A stretch of 64,000 nt of DNA from the human T2T-CHM13v2.0 reference genome, Homo sapiens. Below the pieces are notes generated by a model that worked only from the letters and a program-made list of their open reading frames with translations, was not told the DNA's origin and did no database searches. Both the position numbers and the translations under genes were made by a program. Shown piece after piece: positions 14,845 to 30,155 of this stretch. The number at the start of each line of letters is the position of its first letter. Positions within the stretch are counted from its first letter, which is position 1. The stretch lies in the NCBI RefSeq assembly GCF_009914755.1, contig NC_060931.1; one strand, given 5' to 3'.

Positions 14845-15013
14845 GTATTATTTTCCAACCTATGAAAATGACACTCTCCTGTGTACACTATCTGACAGTG
14901 AAAGTGACCTGACAGCTCAGGAACAAAATGAAAATGTTCCCATCATCAGTGAAGATACATCTAAACTGTATGCTTTGAAACAAAGCAGTATTTTGAACCA
15001 GTTGCTACTATAA
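14845..15013 (+). CDS. ZNF277: ZNF277 terminal coding exon: YYFPTYENDTLLCTLSDSESDL...SILNQLLL*
   Basis: ttttcag acceptor; GA+G = Glu; TAA at 15011-15013. Confidence 0.95.
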
Positions 15014-15133
15014 GAGTACTTGAAAACCTAGAAGAAACTACCACAGAAGCAATTTTTCATGTTTTTCTCCTATGAGACAGATATGAAAGAACAATTTAAA
15101 TTTGAACATCAACAAAAGATTGGTCCTTGGTGA

Positions 15134-15296
15134 AATAAACTTTTCAAAAATGAATGTTCTTTTCAAAAAATAAAGTAGAAAAATGCACTTACTAAGAACA
15201 TGAAAAAAAATGAAGTAGGAAAATAAGATGAAGACTTTGTATTTTGGCTGTAAAGTTTTATTGTGTGATCATCTTAAATTATCTCACTTCATTAAA
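15134..15296 (+). terminator. Cluster of candidate poly(A) signals in the ZNF277 3' UTR
   Basis: AATAAA 15134-15139, AATAAA 15169-15174, ATTAAA 15291-15296. Confidence 0.6.
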
Positions 15297-15928
15297 CTCA
15301 TAATTATATATAGAAGTATATGTCAATTACAAAGAAATGAAATGTTCAAATTATTTATAAACCTGATTTTTCAATCAGTAGTTTCAGTCTCCTCCCCAAG
15401 GACCTTCTTCATCCAACAAGTTGCAAAATTTGAATATCCCTTCTGTACTATATTGGGTGAGCTGTAAATGTAATGACTAAAAGAAAAGCCACAGAAGAAA
15501 GAAGAAATGGTCAAAGACGTGGATAATATGCAAATTGGCCATTATATTAGAACAATCAAGAGCTGACTGTGTTATTACCACTTTCTGCCTAGGGTGGCCA
15601 AATTCCCTAGAAATAGACATCAAGCCAGTTAACTTCACTTTTCCCTGCAATTTGTATGTCACTAACATTTAAATGCCATTTTTTAAAAACATAACCACAA
15701 TACCATTATGACACCTAAAAAACATTAACATTAACTTAATATCATCTGTTTTCAGTTTTTCCCACTTGTCTCAAAATGTATGTTTACAATATTATCAGTT
15801 TCATTACTGATGAATATTATATGCCTCCTGATAAGATGTACTGAGGAGGACAGAATATCACTTTTGTAGATTTATACCAAAAATGCATAATTTGGATATA
15901 ATGAAGAAACAGTCAAATCCAAGTTTGA

Positions 15929-16235
15929 GGCTGGGCACAGTAGCTCATATCTGTAATCCCAGCACTTTGGGAGGCCAAGGCAGAGGATCACATGAGGTCA
16001 GGAGTTCAAGATCAGCCTGGCCAACGTGGCAAAACCCCATCTCTACGAAAAATACACAGATTAGCCAGGCATGGTGGAATGCACCTATAGTCCCAGCTAC
16101 TTGGGAGGCTGAAGCACAAGAATCGCTTGAATCCAGGAGGCAAAAGTTGCAGTGAGCCGAGATCACACCACTGCAGTTCAGCCTGGGCAACAGACCAAGA
16201 CTCTGTCTCAAAAAAAGGAAAAAAAAAAAAAAAAA
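15929..16235 (+). mobile_element. AluS
   Basis: Full Alu, A tail, aaatccaa TSD-like flanks. Confidence 0.93.
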
Positions 16236-16741
16236 TCCAAATTTAAAGGACATTCTACAAAATAATTGGCCTTTACTATTCAAAAATTTTAACATCATAA
16301 AAAACAAAGACTGAAAAACTATTTCAGATTAAAGGTGGCTAAAGATAGCGTAGCATGATCCTGGATTGGATGCTAGACCAAGAAAAAAAGTTTTTCTTTT
16401 GCTACAAAAGACATTAGCAGGACAACTGGCAAAATTTGAGTAAGATTTATAGTAAGTGTTATGGTATTGTTGTTAATTTCCAGATTTTGATAACTGTACT
16501 GTGGGATGAGAATGTCTTTGTTTTCAGGAAATATTCATACACACTGAAGTATTTAGGGGTAAAGGAGCATTTTGTTTGCAACTTACTCCCAAAAAACTAA
16601 CAAGGGTATATATAGAATAATGAAGTAAACATGGCAAGATGTTAACATTTAGGGAATCTAGGTAAAAGTATGTGGAGATTCTCTGTACTATGGCAACTTT
16701 TCTGAAAGTCTGAAATTATTTCAAAATTAAAAGTTTTTTAA

Positions 16742-17057
<316 letters not shown>

Positions 17058-17274
17058 GTCTTTTTTCAGTTGTTTTGTTTAATCAGGTTCCAAGTGAGAT
17101 CCATGCACTATATTTGGTTGGTGTGGTTCTTAAGGGTCTTTTAATCTATAACAATTCACAGTTTTTTTTTTAATGCCACTTATTTGTTAAAGCAATTGGA
17201 TTAGTTGTCTTGCTTTCTGGATTTGGATGATTGTATCTTCTTTATATTATTTAACATGTTCCATTATCATTCAT

Positions 17275-18036
<762 letters not shown>

Positions 18037-18339
18037 CTACAGTGTGTTCTTTATGCAGCATATGTGCTACAGAATGCTGGAGTCTGAGGCTCTGGTTTTC
18101 AATTATTAATGCTAGTCTGTGTAGGTAATGCCCCAAAACTCATCTTGGAGTCGTATTGCCTGTCCAGAGACTCAAGAGTCAACCTCCTCCCACCATGCGG
18201 TCCTAACTCAACTGTATTTGTTAATTACATAGGCTCTGGCCACAGCTCTAGATTTCTAACCCTCCCACTCTGCAGACACCATGAAAGGCTTTTATTGAAA
18301 ACTAAGCAAACAAAGATATAGGAGCCTGTATTATAATGA

Positions 18340-21300
18340 AAAATGCCTAAGTTAAAGATGCAATTAAGTTAAATATTTTAAAACCAAAGATTAAAGAGGC
18401 AGTCTAGACAATTAGACTGTGCCTACAACAGTCTGTCTCTAGGAATCAGGTTCATTCAGGACATCAAGGAATGTCTGAAGAGGTTTTTAGAGCATGCTTC
18501 AGTGTTAGGACAGGAGCAATGGAAGAATGAGACAATAAACTAAGTAATTGGGAAGGAGAAAGCTTTTTTGGAGAAAAAGTTGATAGAGAACAAGTCAAAT
18601 AGATATAAAAGGAAAAATGAAATTGAAGAACAGACCAACACATAAAAGGGAAAAGATGTTGTACTTAGGGTTTAATTCATATTAGCAGTTGTTTTTTTAA
18701 GTGGCTAAACGTTTTCAAGTTTATTTGGGGACAGAAATGGCAACTTGGACCCAAAGAAATCTAACAAGAATAGAAGGAAAATCTCAGCAAACTGTACTGA
18801 CTCCTAGATGGAGCAAGAGCATAGGCCACTATTGGCGAAGGACTCTATGTAGCTCTAAGCTACATAGAGACTCCTTGATAAAAACCACTGGGAACTGCTC
18901 TTCAAAGACTGGGACAGTGATACGAAGTGTACCCTGAAAGTCAGGACAATTTGAGAGGAAATATCAGATGAAAGCAAAACATTCAAGGAATTATTGGATG
19001 AATTTCCAGTTGTTACTATAATTATAGATAGGCATACAAGAGCTTCTTGTGTCCCAAAGGAAATGTGCCTGAGAAATTTTTAGAATTAAGACAGAATTAA
19101 GGCAACAAGATGGAAGATAACAGAAGAGAGCCAGGCAGGACAGTGATAAATGGAATCCAAGCTCAGATCAGCTGTTAATCCAATTAGAAAATGCAAGCCA
19201 GTTAAGATTATCTAACTCAGAAAGGTGAGGGCGGCCAAGATTTTTTGGACAATGGTTGCTTTTGGCAGACCAAAACCTACTGACTTATCTCTCACAACTG
19301 AAGTCCCCATTAGATAAATCTAGAACCAAATGTTAGATAAGCACATGTCCGGCCCAGAAAAGAGAGAAAGTTAAAAAAAAAAAAGAAAGTACAACTAGCA
19401 TTAGACCTATTTACATTAGGGAAGGAAACAGATCAACATAAAAAGTAAGTTATACTGTAACAAATTCAGCTATTTCTCCCTAAAAGGCCTGCAGAGAAAC
19501 CAAGCACTAGGACACATCCACTACTGCCAAAAAAAGGAGCAGAAGTACTGTTGGAACCTGGACAGATGGAAAGCAAGGGATGGTTATATGCTGAGGGCTC
19601 AGCAGAGGTGTCTGTCCTCACCAGGTCCCAGTGCAACTAGTCTAGTCCAGTTGCACACAATATCCATCCTCCATTTCTTCAATAATAATAAAGTGTGGTT
19701 GGGTATAAAGCTACCTAAAATGAAAATTACATTTCCAAGTTCAGTTATCCTGAACTGCACTTCTTTTGCAGCTCAGGGTACTTGTGTCTAAATTGTGGCT
19801 AATGAGATATAAGCAGGAGGTCTCATATGACAGCTTCCAAGAGTCTTCCTTAAGATACTGGACATAAGCACCCTCTGCTTTGTTTTTCATCCCTTCCTAT
19901 CTCCTGTGGCCTAGGATGTAGATATCTGCATATGGGGCAGTGAAGTCGAAGTCATGCATGGTGAGACATCAATGTCAAAGGAATCTGGATCCCTGACACC
20001 TTGGAGGACTCTACAGCCCTGGAATGCTGAAATACACATTTATGTGAAGGAAATAAAGTTGTACCTTCCCACAGTTATTTAAGGTTTTCTATTATTCATA
20101 GCCGAGCCTTATTCCAACCAATACGCCTAGGGATTCAAGCTGCAGAAACATCAACAGCAGTTTTAGTTCAGGAATAGGCCGAGGATGTTTTCCAGCTGAA
20201 ATAAGTGAAGGAATGAAGGGGAAACTATTCTTAGAAGCTAGCCTTCACAAGCCGAGGCAATTCCAAAGCCCAAGGCAACAACAGGAGCCACTGTGGCAAA
20301 GAACTGGGAAGTGAGCACACAGGAGAGTGTGGAAACTATGCCATCATTATTTAGAGCACAAACTCCCTGGATCAGGGGATGTTGAAGAGAGAGGGCTCAA
20401 AAGGAAAATACAGAATGGGGAAAAAAAGGGTCAAAACAGACCGCGCAACTGGGCTTGCCATCATTGCCTATTTCTCAACTTGGCAAGAATGCAAATGTCT
20501 CATATGTCACCCTGAGAGAAATATCTGTGGATTCTTCCTCGAGGAATGATAAAACATGTTAACGTCTTCAGGAGGATTCCCCCCAATCAGGTTTAAGTTC
20601 AGAGATCAAGGAGATCAGGTAACACACAGATGGACTAGCATCCTGGGGAATCCAAAATCAGGATACAGCTAAGTCTCTGTTATGGAGAATGCAGAGCTCT
20701 GGGAGCATCATTTTGTCTTACTACTGAAGATCGTGGAATTGATTCATTTTCTTTTGTTAAATTTTGTTGCTGGTTAGTGCTTTCATGATACTCTTTTGAA
20801 AGTGAGATATACCAGAAACTTTGTGTTTAACTTCAAGTTCCAATTCCAGAAGAAAGCCACACTAGCAATTCTGAGACACTCTCCAGGCTGCTGGAAGAAA
20901 CCACAGTGCATCCCAGCATCAAGAATCTAGTTCAGAATGAGCAGAATAAGAAATTGGGAAGGATGAATTTTAGACTCTGATGTCTTCTAACTTTAACTCA
21001 GACAAGAGAATCCAATCTTTGTATTTTAATTTCTCCCTGAGAGATTCACAATGGTCAAGATTGTTTTTAAATTTGAAACATCAATTTTTACCAAAATGTT
21101 TTTTATTGAAGCAACTTTACATTGCCATATTATCTCTTTGCAGAACCTCTGATACACTATTGTGAACATGTTTAGACATAATCAGGAATGGAAGATGAAA
21201 TTAGGAACTTTCAGCTGGGGTTCAGCATGGCCCTGGAATTACTTCCATCAATGAATTGCCTTCTGAGAGCAATAGCTACATTCTTCACCACCAGTCCTAG
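18340..21300 (+). mobile_element. Possible highly decayed Gypsy-class (MamGyp-like) internal region, interrupted by an old MaLR LTR at about 19640-20125
   Basis: Near 21035, PE.IHNGQ..FE resembles integrase PERIHSDQG..FES; TLL.NM follows; purine-rich gag-like composition upstream. Confidence 0.35.
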
Positions 21301-22209
21301 GAGAATACACAAAGAGTAGTTGTCATTCGGGTGGGGGCGGTGGGAGATGCACTCCTGAAGGTGGGAGCAGCACTGTCCTGATAGACCTCCTGCAAAGGAA
21401 ATGGTCACACTCTTGGTTGACCTTAGCTTAGTGGGTAAGCCCAATGAGCAAAGAGAACAAAAACCTGAGGAGTGTTGGAAAAGGGGAAACTCATCTTCCA
21501 AAGTATTTTGCTTCTATGAGAAAGGGAATCCATTACATAACATTCTTGGTTTCTCTCTGCTCCCTCTTTCACTTCTACCAGACAGAAGGAGTGAATTTTC
21601 TGACTAGAAATTTAAAGGACAGGAACTAGCATCTGTGCTTTGGTCCCTTCCTCCTTTTTTTCTTTGGGATTTGCCTGTCTGCAGAGAGAACACAGCCTGT
21701 TCTGCTCCACCATTGTATAAACATCAGAGTGGAAGGGTCTGCCCCATGCAGTTGGATGACTGGAGTTGTCCAACACTGTCTGACTATGTATATAAATAAG
21801 TGCCTAATTTGGGGGCTCAGTATTAAGAAGCTTGCTTGCCCACAGCAGTAAGCCATGTTCTGCAATATCTTAATTAGCAGTAAAGGTGATATTTCATCTC
21901 CATCTGCTTGGCCATTTATCAGCTGGCTCTTCTAGAAGGTACACAGCCTCTTAGCAAATGGTGGATGTGGCCAGGATTACCATGAAACCACCTTTTGGAA
22001 AGTTACCACTAAATACACTAAGTCCAGTCAGTCAGGAGGCAGAGTAGACTTGTTTCACATAGAACTAAGGCTGGACAAAATAAAGCCAGAGAGCTGATAG
22101 CTTGGATATCATTGTGAGCTAGTTAGACATAGACTTTCTGAAAAACCATCAGTACTAGGGTCTTAACTTGTTGAGTCCCACAAACAGCCTTGAGAAAGAA
22201 TTTTAGTGC

Positions 22210-22648
22210 TTAGTGCAGGTCATTTTTTTAAGAGGTAAACCCGGAATATACCGGTTCAGGAAGTAGGAGAGTGAAAAATGCAAAAACAAAAAACAAAAAC
22301 CATGAAACTGTATATTAAGGAAGAAGTTGCTGGTATGGGAACTAGGACTCAACCTCACTGAGGACCTCTGGGAGATTGCACAGAACACTATTCTTACAGT
22401 TGCCCCACAACACCCCCCGCCGCCCCCTCACTACCACCACCAAGGGGCAAAAAAGCTAGGCCATTCACCCACTCCCATTGGTCATGGGTTGAGGGCTGTT
22501 CCCAGGGGCAGTATTAATTCCCTGGCACTTCCAGCTTGCCTCACACATTGATTTAGCATCCTCTGAAGGTAGGGGAAGGCCCTCACACAAAGACTGAGAA
22601 ACTGTTATTGCAAAAAAGAACTGGCAGATCATGACAGTAACTGCTACA
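22210..22648 (-). mobile_element. Old ERVL-class LTR fragment
   Basis: Ends in ctgctaca (TG start on the minus strand); LTR-like composition. Confidence 0.4.
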
Positions 22649-23843
22649 AATCTAGGTGTTGTGTCACCACAGAAGAAAACATTTTATGTAAGGCTCAGTG
22701 GTCCTCACAGCTTTTCTATCTCACTTGACAATGAAGATACAATCTTACAAGGTGTCTAGCCAGGAATTTTATCTTCATCAAGGGTAAAGAGACGATGGGA
22801 AACAGGATCAGAGAGATGAGGACCTGCCAAAAGAAAAAAGCACAACAAAGTGACATCCAACAATATAATATATGGGAATTTAAAATGAGACAAAGCCAAG
22901 TCCTGAGCTTTTTTAATGAATGGAGGAAAAGCAATTCTTTGAGAGGATGGAGTAGAACATGCACTCAGAACAAGAATAAATGTTTTAATGTCAGTACTTT
23001 GCTGAATGTATATGCAGAATTGACAGACTCCATCCATTTCCATCAAGGGCATCAAATTTCAACTATTGTTTGCTTAGTCTGCAAAAATAGCCACCCTGCA
23101 TCCTTGAAGCTTAATTCAACTCCTTCAGTAAGTTTTAGATGATGGGTAGTTAAAGGATTAAACTGCTGCAGTTGAACTCTTATGCCTTATAATTGATATA
23201 TTGAAAGGCTAAAGCATGTTCGATTCCTGATGATAGCAATCTGCAGTGGCATCATAAGCACATTAAATTCAGACTGAAACATTCAGCGAAGTTAATATTG
23301 ACTTCACAATGTTCTAAGATGTAAGTGAAGCTATGCTCTTTTTGCCTTATAAAATTAGACTGCAAAAAAACAATTTTTGAGGATATTCCCAGTCAATTGA
23401 CTTGGTTACAGAGTGAGCAGGAAATCAAACTCTAGTTAAGTTCATAGATACTGGTGTTTTATTCATTTGGAAACAGAAGAGAAAAAGAGTATGCTGTAGT
23501 AAATTGTTTATAAATTCTTTTTAATTCTAAAGGAGGGGGAGAAAGTGAAAGTAAAAAGCAAACATTATTAATCTCTTACTGTCACAAAAAAAACAACCCA
23601 CTCTTACACCTCCATCATTGCCTAAAAGACAAAAACTCCAAAGACTGGCATTTGAGACTCCTCACAGTCTGCCAAAACTGCCTCCTCCCTCGTCAGGTCA
23701 GTCACCAAGTCCTTTCAGTTCTATCTCCAAACACATCTCAGTCCCTGCCACCATGGTCTGTTATCTGAACTACTATAACAGTTTCCTAACTGGCCTCCCT
23801 CCTTCCTCTCTGGACCCTCCAGTGTGTTCCTTCGTAACAGCTA

Positions 23844-24098
<255 letters not shown>

Positions 24099-24107
24099 TC
24101 ACATGGT

Positions 24108-25032
<925 letters not shown>

Positions 25033-26340
25033 TCTACATGACCCACATATCTTCCATCTTGTCCCATGCCATTTTCTGGAGTGCCCACTATTCCCCAGGC
25101 AACCAGGCCTCCTTCTGCTCCTTGGACAGGAGACTGCACTTTTCTCTGCCTCAGTGTTTTTGCATGTTTTTCTCTCTGTATATTCTTGCCCCTCCTCTTT
25201 ACAGTAATGTCTTCCTATCATCCAGGTCTCAGCTTAACTATCACCCCATACTTACCCAGTCCACTGTATATGTCTAAACTAATAGGTCTGCTGCCAATGC
25301 GGTTTCAAATTTAGCAACCCCAAAGAAAAGAAGACAGGGGAATGTCAGGCTATCAGCTGGAAATAGTCTTGTGTGCCATAAGCAAACATTGCATTTGGTC
25401 TCTTCTTCATCTCCCCTCTATTATACAATAGATTTGTGGGGCCATCTCATGGGGTTGGGAGAATTTGATTCACAAGAGTCCCAGAAGGGTGCTGCCCATG
25501 AATCAAAAGCCAGGTAAGGAGCCAGACTGCACTTTGCTGTGTGGGATCTAGAAGGTGGCGTGCTGGAAGCTGGTGCTGAGTGATACATGGGGACAAGGTG
25601 GGAGTGAGAGAGACCAGCAAGGCAGTGAAGAGACTGGAGAGAGACTGAAGGGGTCAGAGAAAGGGCAGAGCATTCAGCATGGGAGAGGCGAAGAAGACTT
25701 TGAGGATATTTTGTTGAACAAGGCATGGTGTGCAGGTGACTTCCTTAAAAACATTCCTCTGGAAGCAGAAAATAGATGATTACCAGGGGCTGGGGGATGG
25801 AGGATGGGGAATGAGGAGTTAATGCTTAATGGTTACAGAGTTTCTGTTTTGGGTAATGAAAAAATTCTGGAAATAGATAGTAGTGATGGATACATAACGT
25901 TGTGAATGTAATTAATACCAGTGAGTTATACATTCAAAACTGATCAAAATGGTAAATTTTTAAAGTGTTTTTTATTTAATTTTTTATCTGACAAATAATA
26001 ATTCTACATATTCATGGGGTACATAGTGATTTTTCAATACATATAATGTATAGTGATCAGATCAGGGTAATTAGCATACCCATCATCTCAAACATTTATC
26101 ATTTCTTTGTGTTGGGAATGTTGAATATGCTAGCTATTTGAAACTGTAATTATTGTTACCTATAGTCATCCTACGGTGATATAGAACACTAGTACTTATT
26201 CCTATCCGGCTGTAATTATGTATACTTTAGCAAACCTATCTATCCCTCCCTTTCTTATACTCTTCCCACCCACTACTGTTCTCTGTTCTACATTTTATTT
26301 CTTTTTTGTGTGTTTGTTTGCTCGTGTTTTGGTTTTCGGG

Positions 26341-26643
26341 TTTTGTTTTGTTTTGCTTTTGAGACAGAGTCTTGCTCTGTCACCCAGGCTGGAGTGGAGT
26401 GGCACAATCTCAGCTCACTGCAGCCTCTACCTCCTGGGTTCCAGTGATCTTCCTGCGTCAACCTCCTGAGTAGCTGGGATTACAGGTGCCCGCCACCACG
26501 CCCGGCTAATTTTTTGTATTTTTAGTAGAGATGGGGTTTCACCATGTTGGCCAGGCTGGTCTTGAACTCCTGACCTCAGGTGATCTACCAGCCTCAGCCT
26601 CCCAAAGTGCTGGGATTACAGGCATGATCCACAATGCCCAGCC
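26341..26643 (-). mobile_element. AluS
   Basis: Antisense full Alu. Confidence 0.92.
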
Positions 26644-26905
26644 TGTTCTACACTTTAGAAGATCAACTTTTTTTGCTTCCATATATGAGTGAGAACATTA
26701 GGTGTTTAACTTTCTATGCCTGGCTTATTTCCCTTAACATAATGTCCTCCAGTGCCATCCATGTTGCCACAATAACAGGATTTCATTCTTTTTTATGGCT
26801 GAATAGTATCCCATTGAGCATATACATCACATTTTCTTCATTCATCTGTTGTTAGACACCTAGGTTGATTCCATATCTTGGCTGTTCTGAATAGTGCTGC
26901 AGTAA

Positions 26906-27313
<408 letters not shown>

Positions 27314-30098
27314 TAGTAGTTTTATTTGTCATTTTTTTGAGGAGCCTCCATACTGCTCCCCATAGTGGCTGTGCTAGTTTACATTCCTACCAACAATGTG
27401 TAAATGCTCTCTTTTCTCTGCATCTTTGCCAGCATTTGTTATTTTTTGTCTTTTTGGTAACAGCCATCCTAACAGGGGTGAGATGATACAGCACTGTGGT
27501 TTTGATTTGCATTTCCCTGATGATGTAATGTTGAGCTTTGTTCATATATTTGTTGACCATTAGTATGCCTTCTTTGAGAAATATCTGTTCAGATCATTTG
27601 CCTATTCAAAATGTAAATGTTATGCTATGTATACTTTACCACAATTTTAAAAAGTACACACACGGTGAAAAAAAAAAAAAACAATTAGCTAACTGGTGAT
27701 TGTGTGAAGGATGAACTGGATTAGGCCAAGGTGATCAAGAAGAAGATTGGTAGATTAACGTGGTCAGGAGGTCATGAGAACTTCAAATGAGGCAGTGACC
27801 ATCAGGAAAAAATTTGTAAGAAGAGTGGTCAGGACCAAATGAGTTTGGTTTGGTCCTGCTGAGTTTGAGGCATATGGTGGAAACTGCCCAGCTCCCTCCT
27901 TCAGAAATGAGACACTCTTTCCCTAGCTGGCCTGGTATAGGCTGTTAATGGCCACCAGCTGTGTTCCTTTATGGGGCTCGCCCTTGGCTGAAAGGAGCTA
28001 CAAGGAGTTCATGGGTGACTTTGGCCAGAGGAGTTGATGAGGAGAGGAAGGTCTGGGTTGCAGAGGATGGAGGCCACATGGGAGGCAGCAAGGGGTCACA
28101 GAACCTGAGTCTTGAAGGAAGGGCAGCAATCAAAACATGGGAAGACCTGCTAGGCAGGGAAAGTCATGTAAACAAAGGAACCTGGGCTGGGGAGTCACCC
28201 ACTTTGAAGGGAACTGCAAGGACGCCTAGAAAAGTGGGCAATGCCTAGGCATGGCTCTCTCAAATGGTAGGCAGTGGAGTCTGAGTAGATTCAGCCAGGG
28301 AGTCTCCACACCTGTGCCTGAGTTCTAATGGATTCAGGATTCTTCCTCCTAGTGGGAACCAGAGGCATTCTGTCCCCACAGTGTGGACTTGACCTTTCCT
28401 ACAGGGTGGGTGTTTCAGTCCTGGCCTCCTTGGACTCCATGTTTATGAGTGCAGACGTAATAAATTTTCTGAAGTGAGTTCCATTAAGCCAGTTTAACTC
28501 CCTGATCATTTTCCTATCCCGTCTAGTAAATGTGTTTCTAATACTTTTTACTTTTATTTTTATTTTACTAACATTATTTTCCAAAAAATGTAATTTTGTT
28601 TTGTATATATTATACAGGAAGGATTTAATACATCTCATCTAAAAAATTGTATCCATTATAAAACTTCTGCCTTTGTGAATTTTCTATCGTGACCACTGTT
28701 TCTATTAAATCCAATTTTTCTGGACATATATTTGTAGGTCTAAATTTTATCAAAACAATTTGATCTTTTATAAAATCTCTAATAAATTCTTCAGTGTGAA
28801 ATTTTAACCATATTAGTTTATTTTGAGATTATTCTTTCTAATAAAATTCATTGTGACTAAGAAAAAATGTTCCTCAATAAAAATCTGTTGTTGAGGCTTC
28901 TGTAGCTAACTGTGTTCTTTTTGGATGTGCCATGAAGAGGCAGGCCACAAGAGAGTTTAGTGGTAATCCAGTAACAAATGGATAATCACAAACCTCAGGG
29001 TGAAACTTAGAATCTCCTTTACCAGTGAAATTCTAAGACACTAATGAAATAGTTATTTTTGTCTTACAATCAAGGAATGGCTTAAGCTCTGGAGAGAAGT
29101 CTGGCTCATTAATTTCTAGGATAGCTTTATCTTTGCACACTCTTCCTTTCCTTGGAAAGTGACAACGTAGTTTTTTTTAATCTCTCTTGAAACCAATGAC
29201 ATTGTTAATCTTGTTTTTTAAATGTCTCGGTTAGTGAAATTCCTCTTTCAATAGCATATTATTATCCTCAGCTCCTGAAACAACCCAGGTTAAGTTATTA
29301 AAACAAGCTAAGGTGCACACAATAATCGTGGGCTTGTGCTCAGGTTGACCTCTGTAAAATTACTTTATTTTTAGCATTTGAAGCCTACAAAAACAGCAAA
29401 TTTATATGAGTCAACTCAGATGATTAACTTTCAAAGTTGAGGGGGTAAAAATGATCTGGCAGCATGCAACACGCCAAAATGAAGATTATCTAAACTTCAT
29501 GTTAGCCTAGAATTAGAAATCCTCATGTCTAGGCAGTAGATCTGATATCAAAGCCTGAAGTGCCCACCATCATAATTAATACGAGTGAGTGAGGTGAGCT
29601 AGGCAGGGACTACAGCGACCCCACAGGCATGCATGTGTGCCCTCCGCAAGGAGCTGGCTGCTCAGCTCTAGCCCATTTCCCTAAGCAGCCCTGCCAGTTG
29701 CTATAGCAGAAACACAGGCCCAGGTGGCCAAATCTTCTGTTTTTCAAAGAAATCAGAAATCTGATGTTTATATGAGATTGCCTGACTTTTAATTCCTGTG
29801 TGAGAACTAATTCTAATTTATGACTCCTGATATTTGTGACATGATAAAATAGAATAACAAATTCATACTGTATTGACTATAAACCAGTGCTCCCAAATGT
29901 AGGGTGGAGTTCAGACACCCAGGGGATACTTTAATAATTTTTATTTAATAATTTTTATTTGTGTATATTTATAGTATACATAATCCATTAGAATAATGGT
30001 GTCTATATATTAATCAAGAGAGTTCAGAGAACCTCTTATGGAGACTACACCTCCAGAATATCATGGAGCAATGGTTCTTAAACTCTGATGGACTTTTA

Positions 30099-30107
<9 letters not shown>

Positions 30108-30136
<29 letters not shown>

Positions 30137-30155
30137 GAGACGGAGTCTCGCTCTG
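30108..30155 (-). mobile_element. Extremely 5'-truncated Alu (29-nt tail plus about 19 nt of Alu end)
   Basis: T29 followed by gagacggagtctcgctctg. Confidence 0.85.

Noticed and set aside
22725-22823. 99-nt minus-strand exon-like unit (ttggcag to gtgaga; VLISLILFPIVSL...)
   Set aside because: No partner exons found on that strand, and it overlaps the better-supported + strand exon chain. It could still be a lncRNA exon.
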